10,682 nt of DNA from a virus (lineage: Duplodnaviria; Heunggongvirae; Uroviricota; Caudoviricetes), in the IMG/VR virus record IMGVR_UViG_2541047502_000022, positions 1 through 10,682 of that record; one strand, given 5' to 3'. How positions within the stretch are numbered: position 1 is the first letter of the stretch; every line of letters begins with the position of its first letter. The position numbers were made by a program, and so were the translations under genes. Below are positions 7,296 to 10,682 of the stretch, piece by piece. The notes beneath the pieces are model-generated. The model ran no database searches and was not told the DNA's origin. It worked only from the letters and a program-made list of their open reading frames with translations.

Positions 7296-7323
7296 TTGCA
7301 TAAAATGCAATTCTGATTATAAT
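7296..7323 (+). promoter_or_regulatory. Candidate sigma70 promoter of the capsid operon
   Basis: TTGCAT (7296-7301), 16-nt spacer, perfect TATAAT (7318-7323). The -35 lies within the short palindrome TTGCATaaaATGCAA. Confidence 0.4.
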
Positions 7324-7352
7324 CATAACTGGATAAACATCCAGTTATGATT
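7321..7352. promoter_or_regulatory. 13-bp perfect inverted repeat, candidate operator of the capsid operon
   Basis: AATCATAACTGGA (7321-7333) and TCCAGTTATGATT (7340-7352) with a 6-bp spacer, overlapping the -10 and transcription start region. Confidence 0.5.
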
Positions 7353-7379
7353 TTTTTAGTCGAAGAGGAATTTCTTACT

Positions 7380-7586
7380 ATGGCTGAAGAGAAAAAAAGC
7401 GGTGTTTCGGTGTACATAAGCCCCGAAATCGTGGAGGTGCTCAAGCAGCGCCACAAAAAAAACTATGAAGCTGGCGTTGCGGCTGGACTGGATCCGCTGA
7501 TGACGCCGGAGCCGTCGATAGGTTCACTTGTACGCTCTTATTTACTTGCGGCGCTTGGGATGCATAAAAATTATGGGGGTGAATAA
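7380..7586 (+). CDS. Hypothetical small protein (68 aa), possibly RHH-like, first gene of the capsid operon
   Basis: ATG 7380 with RBS AAGAGGA (7363-7369); ORF-track start 7347 lies inside the operator palindrome. GVSVYISPEIVEVLKQRHKK suggests a beta-strand followed by a helix. Its stop overlaps the capsid gene start (TAATG). Confidence 0.55.
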   Translation: MAEEKKSGVSVYISPEIVEVLKQRHKKNYEAGVAAGLDPLMTPEPSIGSLVRSYLLAALGMHKNYGGE

Positions 7587-8641
7587 TGGCAGGCAAAGCA
7601 ACGGCACTTAACACTAACCAGCTTTTCATGTACCTGAATCGCGGGGATATTGCGGATTTTAAATTCAGCCCTCTGTTTACCACGCTGTTTTTCCCGAACG
7701 TGGCGACATTCAGCACGCAAAACATCATGCTGGATACCCTGGACATTGAAGAAGTCACCATGTCGGCGTTTTGTTCGCCTATGGTGGGTAGCCAGGTTCA
7801 GCGCGATAAAGGGTACGAAACCAGCACAATCAAACCTGGCTACATGAAGCCAAAGCACGAAATCGATCCAACGAAAACCATCATGCGCATGGCTGGAGAA
7901 GATCCGGCACAGCTTAACGACCCTACCTATCGCCGTATGCGCCTGATTACTGGCAACATGCGCCGCCAGATAAACGCCATTAAGGCACGCGTGGAATGGC
8001 TGGCGGTGAATGCGGTAACGACCGGAAAAAACATCATTGAGGGCGAAGGCATAGAACGCTATGAAATCGACTGGAAAATACCGGAAAACTGCATCATAGA
8101 GCAGGCCAAGGGTAAAAAATGGTCCGAGCAGGATAAAGACATGCACGACCCAATCTATGACATCGAGCTTTATGCTGATCAGGCTGGTTGCCCCGCAAAC
8201 GTCATGATTATGGGCGCTGAGGTATGGCGCACATTACGCAGCTTTAAAAAATTCCGTGAGCTGTACGATCTTTCCCGTGGTTCAGAATCCGCCGCCGAAC
8301 TGGCCTGTAAAAACCTGGGCGAAGTGGTGAGCTTTAAAGGCTATCTTGGTGATCTGGCCCTTATCGTCTATTCCGGCAAATACACTGACAGCGATGGTAC
8401 CGAAAAATATTTCCTTGAGCCTGATTTGCTGGTCCTGGGTAACACCAACAATAAAGGGCTGGTGGCCTATGGTGCGATAATGGATCAGGAAGCGGTAAGA
8501 ACGGGCGCAACACAAAACATGTTTTACCCGAAAAACTGGATTGAGGACGGCGATCCGGCGATTGAGTACGTGCAGACACACAGTGCACCGCAGCCGGTAC
8601 CGGCAGATATTCGCAAATTTGTTACCGTCAAAATTGGTTAA
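7586..8641 (+). CDS. Major capsid protein, lambda gpE-like
   Basis: 351 aa. Shared with remembered lambda gpE (341 aa): PGYMKPKHE, YRRMRLI, SFKKFRELYDLSRGSESAAELACKNLGEVVSFKGYLGDLALIVYSGKY, VLGNTN, YPKNWIEDGDPA and the C-terminal VTVKI. RBS GGGGTG upstream. Confidence 0.9.
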   Translation: MAGKATALNTNQLFMYLNRGDIADFKFSPLFTTLFFPNVATFSTQNIMLDTLDIEEVTMSAFCSPMVGSQVQRDKGYETSTIKPGYMKPKHEIDPTKTIMRMAGEDPAQLNDPTYRRMRLITGNMRRQINAIKARVEWLAVNAVTTGKNIIEGEGIERYEIDWKIPENCIIEQAKGKKWSEQDKDMHDPIYDIELYADQAGCPANVMIMGAEVWRTLRSFKKFRELYDLSRGSESAAELACKNLGEVVSFKGYLGDLALIVYSGKYTDSDGTEKYFLEPDLLVLGNTNNKGLVAYGAIMDQEAVRTGATQNMFYPKNWIEDGDPAIEYVQTHSAPQPVPADIRKFVTVKIG

Positions 8642-8653
8642 CGGGGGGATTCT

Positions 8654-8989
8654 ATGGACACTCCATACATTGAGTTATTTGCAGGCAGTCAGCAGGTATC
8701 CACGACGTTGGTACATTTTGCCGCTGATGCTGGCGTTATTCAGGAATTTACCCCGCTGATGCTGGCAGACAATGGCGAGTTTAAGCCGTGGGATGGTCAG
8801 GAATCTGGCAAGGCTGTTTATCTGACCTCGTACCCTGTGGACACGTCAAAGCAGAAATCAGCACAGTGTTACAAGACGGGGATATTCAATATTGCCGCCG
8901 TTAACTGGCCTGAGAGCGTCGACACCGATGCGAAAAAATGCGCCGCCTTTGCGGGTTCCGGCGTATCCGTTCAGCCGCTGGCCCGATAA
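8654..8989 (+). CDS. Head decoration protein, lambda gpD-like
   Basis: 111 aa. Shared with remembered lambda gpD (110 aa): TPLMLA, WDG, YKTGIF, WPE, AAFAGSG. RBS GGGGGG upstream. Confidence 0.85.
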   Translation: MDTPYIELFAGSQQVSTTLVHFAADAGVIQEFTPLMLADNGEFKPWDGQESGKAVYLTSYPVDTSKQKSAQCYKTGIFNIAAVNWPESVDTDAKKCAAFAGSGVSVQPLAR

Positions 8990-9001
8990 GCAGGGGGAAC
9001 G

Positions 9002-9415
9002 ATGGCAACGAATGAAAGCATCATGACGCTACCGCTGGCGAGTAAATTTAAAGTCGAAGCGCGGGCAATGGCTGACAGAGGTTTATCAACCTATGAGGCC
9101 GTATATCAACTAAACAAACTGGAAGAGCAGGACAAGCCGTGCGCTGATGCGATTATGGCGCTTCATGAGCATAAAGACTATCAGCCGCTGTTGCGTGCAA
9201 TGGCAAACGTGCCTTGTATCGATGTTGGTACGGCTAAAAGCATCCTTAGCATGACCATAGAGCAGGAACGTCCGAAGGTTGCGCCGGAACTTACCGCAGC
9301 CTTTGAAAACTTTATGGACATGCACAGCCCGCAAGCCGTATCAGCTGGCATGGCATACGATGGCAGAAACCAGGGCGATGACGGCGACATCGATCGCATA
9401 CTGAAAACCATCTGA
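9002..9415 (+). CDS. Hypothetical protein (137 aa) between the decoration gene and cos
   Basis: RBS AGGGGGAA upstream, followed by a terminator. No motif recognised. Confidence 0.65.
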   Translation: MATNESIMTLPLASKFKVEARAMADRGLSTYEAVYQLNKLEEQDKPCADAIMALHEHKDYQPLLRAMANVPCIDVGTAKSILSMTIEQERPKVAPELTAAFENFMDMHSPQAVSAGMAYDGRNQGDDGDIDRILKTI

Positions 9416-9419
9416 GACA

Positions 9420-9443
9420 AGGCCGGAGAAATCCGGCTTTTTT
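9420..9443 (+). terminator. Rho-independent terminator, third copy of the GCCGGAGAAATCCGGC hairpin
   Basis: GGCCGGA, GAAA loop, TCCGGC, then six T. The 16-mer at 9422-9437 is identical to that at 6785-6800. Confidence 0.7.
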
Positions 9444-9620
9444 ACGGGTCCTTCCTGGAATTATGGCCCGTTACGGGGCGGCGACCTCGCGGATTTTCGC
9501 TATTTATGAGCCTTTTCAGGGTGGTGGTGGTGGTTTTGTTGTTTGATCTATCTTTATGAATGAAAAGGGAAAGATGCAAGCAATACACCAACCTGAAGCA
9601 GTAATTAAGTTGGTGTATTA
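9444..9620 (+). other. Lambda-type cos site (cosQ-like, cosN, divergent cosB)
   Basis: 9444-9500 reads ACGGGTCCTT...GTTACG GGGCGGCGACCT CGCGGATTTTCGCTATTTATGAG. The 12-mer at 9476-9487 is identical to the lambda cohesive end as I remember it, and both flanks are near-identical to the lambda right end and left end. Downstream (9500-9620) diverges from lambda cosB and carries a (GGT)4 run (9519-9533) and an 11-bp inverted repeat AATACACCAAC / GTTGGTGTATT (9584-9594 / 9609-9619) abutting the Nu1-like start. Confidence 0.75.
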
Positions 9621-10163
9621 ATGAAATCTCATCTGATGAACAAAAAAAACATGGCGAAAAGCTGCCGTGTAAGTGCGACAGCGTTCGACAAGTGGGGAGT
9701 AACTCCCGTTGAGCGTAAAGGCCGTGAGGCGTTTTATGATGTTGCCAGCGTGATAGAAAATAGGGTTAACAATGCAATTAGCCAGCTTATAAACGACAAA
9801 GGCGAGATTGACGATGATGAACTTTTACGAGTCAGGATCAGATTACTGACAGCACAGGCAGAGGCGCAGGAACTTAAAAACGATCGCGATCGCGGTGACG
9901 TGATTGATACTGAGTTTTGCCTGTACGCGCTTTCAAAGCTGGCGAGTCAGATTTCATCAATCATGGACAGCCTCCCGCTTACTATGCAAAGGAGCTTCCC
10001 ACAGATTACCCCCGCCATGCTGGACAGGCTTAAAAGGGAAGTGGTTAAAGCCTGTAATGCCAGTGCCAGAGTTGCCGACAACCTCCCACAGATACTGGCT
10101 GATTACTTGAAAGAAACAACCGGAAACGTACCGGAAAAGTTGCTACAGAAGAAAGGCGAGTAA
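9621..10163 (+). CDS. Terminase small subunit, lambda Nu1-like
   Basis: 180 aa. The C-terminal two-thirds align with remembered lambda Nu1 (LTAQAEAQELKNDRDRGDVIDTEFCLYALSKLASQISSIMDSLPLTMQRSFPQI...LKREVVKACN versus lambda RLTRAQADAQELKNARDSAEVVETAFCTFVLSRIAGEIASILDGLPLSVQRRFPEL...LKRDIIKAMN). The N-terminal DNA-binding region is divergent. Alternative start ATG 9636. No terminase large-subunit gene follows. Confidence 0.85.
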   Translation: MKSHLMNKKNMAKSCRVSATAFDKWGVTPVERKGREAFYDVASVIENRVNNAISQLINDKGEIDDDELLRVRIRLLTAQAEAQELKNDRDRGDVIDTEFCLYALSKLASQISSIMDSLPLTMQRSFPQITPAMLDRLKREVVKACNASARVADNLPQILADYLKETTGNVPEKLLQKKGE

Positions 10164-10191
10164 CAGACGCGCAATTATTGAACAAAAATGA

Positions 10192-10253
10192 GAAAGGATC
10201 TGATAATGGCATTTTCTGGCTAAAATGCCTCGTGTCAGATCCTTTCTTTTTTT
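10192..10253 (+). terminator. Compound stem-loop with U-tract after the Nu1-like gene
   Basis: Outer stem GAAAGGATCTGA (10192-10203) with TCAGATCCTTTC (10235-10246), enclosing inner hairpin GGCATTTT / AAAATGCC (10208-10215 / 10222-10229), then seven T (10247-10253). Confidence 0.6.
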
Positions 10254-10272
10254 AATATTTTCATTGTTAAAC

Positions 10273-10682
10273 GTAAGCGTACAGCGAGGGCCGTATTGAC
10301 GGGGATGTGTTATTCAGCTGGCAGTGCTATGCGCCACGGAAGCAGTTCGCTGACCCGGTTGACCGGCCAGTCTGCTATGACGCCAAGCACATGGCGAAGG
10401 TAGCTTTCTGGATCCACGTCATTCAGTTTGCACGTCCCGATCAGGCTGTACAGTAGCGCTCCCCGCTCACCACCATGATCAGAGCCGAAGAACAGGAAGT
10501 TTTTACGACCCAGACTGACCGCCCGCAGGGCATTTTCAGCGATGTTGTTGTCGATTTCCACCCAGCCATCGTTCGCATAGTACGTCAGTGCCGGCCACTG
10601 GTTAAGTGCGTACGCGAACGCCTTCGCCAACTCTGAGTGTCGCGACAGGGTCTTCATCTTTTCACGCAACCAGCTTTCCAGG
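10273..10682 (-). mobile_element. IS66-family insertion sequence, partial (one end plus transposase 3' region), continues beyond the window
   Basis: GTAAGCG at 10273-10279 resembles IS66-family termini, and the adjacent minus-strand ORF encodes an IS66 TnpC C-terminus. The element runs off the window edge. Confidence 0.65.
10310..10682 (-). CDS. IS66-family transposase, C-terminal part (5' end lies outside the window)
   Basis: The translation [75 protein letters not shown] matches the conserved IS66 TnpC C-terminus. The reading frame stays open to the window edge upstream of the ORF-track Met at 10669. Confidence 0.8.
   Translation of the reverse strand, partial: LESWLREKMKTLSRHSELAKAFAYALNQWPALTYYANDGWVEIDNNIAENALRAVSLGRKNFLFFGSDHGGERGALLYSLIGTCKLNDVDPESYLRHVLGVIADWPVNRVSELLPWRIALPAE

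Noticed and set aside
7571-8146. 191-aa minus-strand ORF
   Set aside because: Lies entirely antisense to the strongly supported gpE-like capsid gene; no motif.
10164-10272. Looked for a terminase large-subunit gene, portal or protease downstream of the Nu1-like gene or elsewhere
   Set aside because: No ORF with a terminase ATPase Walker A motif or portal-sized product exists in the window. The only P-loop protein is the RepA-like helicase, whose motifs and ori context fit replication.

Overview
This 10.7-kb window reads as most of a compact integrated mobile element from an enterobacterium, organised like a phage satellite (PICI / P4-like island) rather than a complete prophage. From left to right: a P4-type tyrosine integrase (264-1493) and an AlpA-family regulator (1858-2046); a divergent regulatory switch, with a small ribbon-helix-helix gene on the minus strand (2547-2720, below the ORF-track size cutoff) facing a plus-strand operon of six translationally coupled genes (2851-5635) that ends in a RepA/AAA_25-type helicase; an iteron cluster that is a candidate origin (5633-5826); an SSB and a PerC-like regulator; then homologues of lambda major capsid protein E and decoration protein D, a lambda-type cos site carrying the exact lambda cohesive-end 12-mer GGGCGGCGACCT, and a Nu1-like small terminase. 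The window contains no large terminase, portal, protease/scaffold or tail genes. The right end (10273-10682) is a partial IS66-family element. The most interesting reading is a cos-packaged satellite that makes its own capsid shell and DNA-recognition subunit and borrows the rest from a lambdoid helper. All homology statements are from reading the translations and from remembered lambda sequence; no database search was run.
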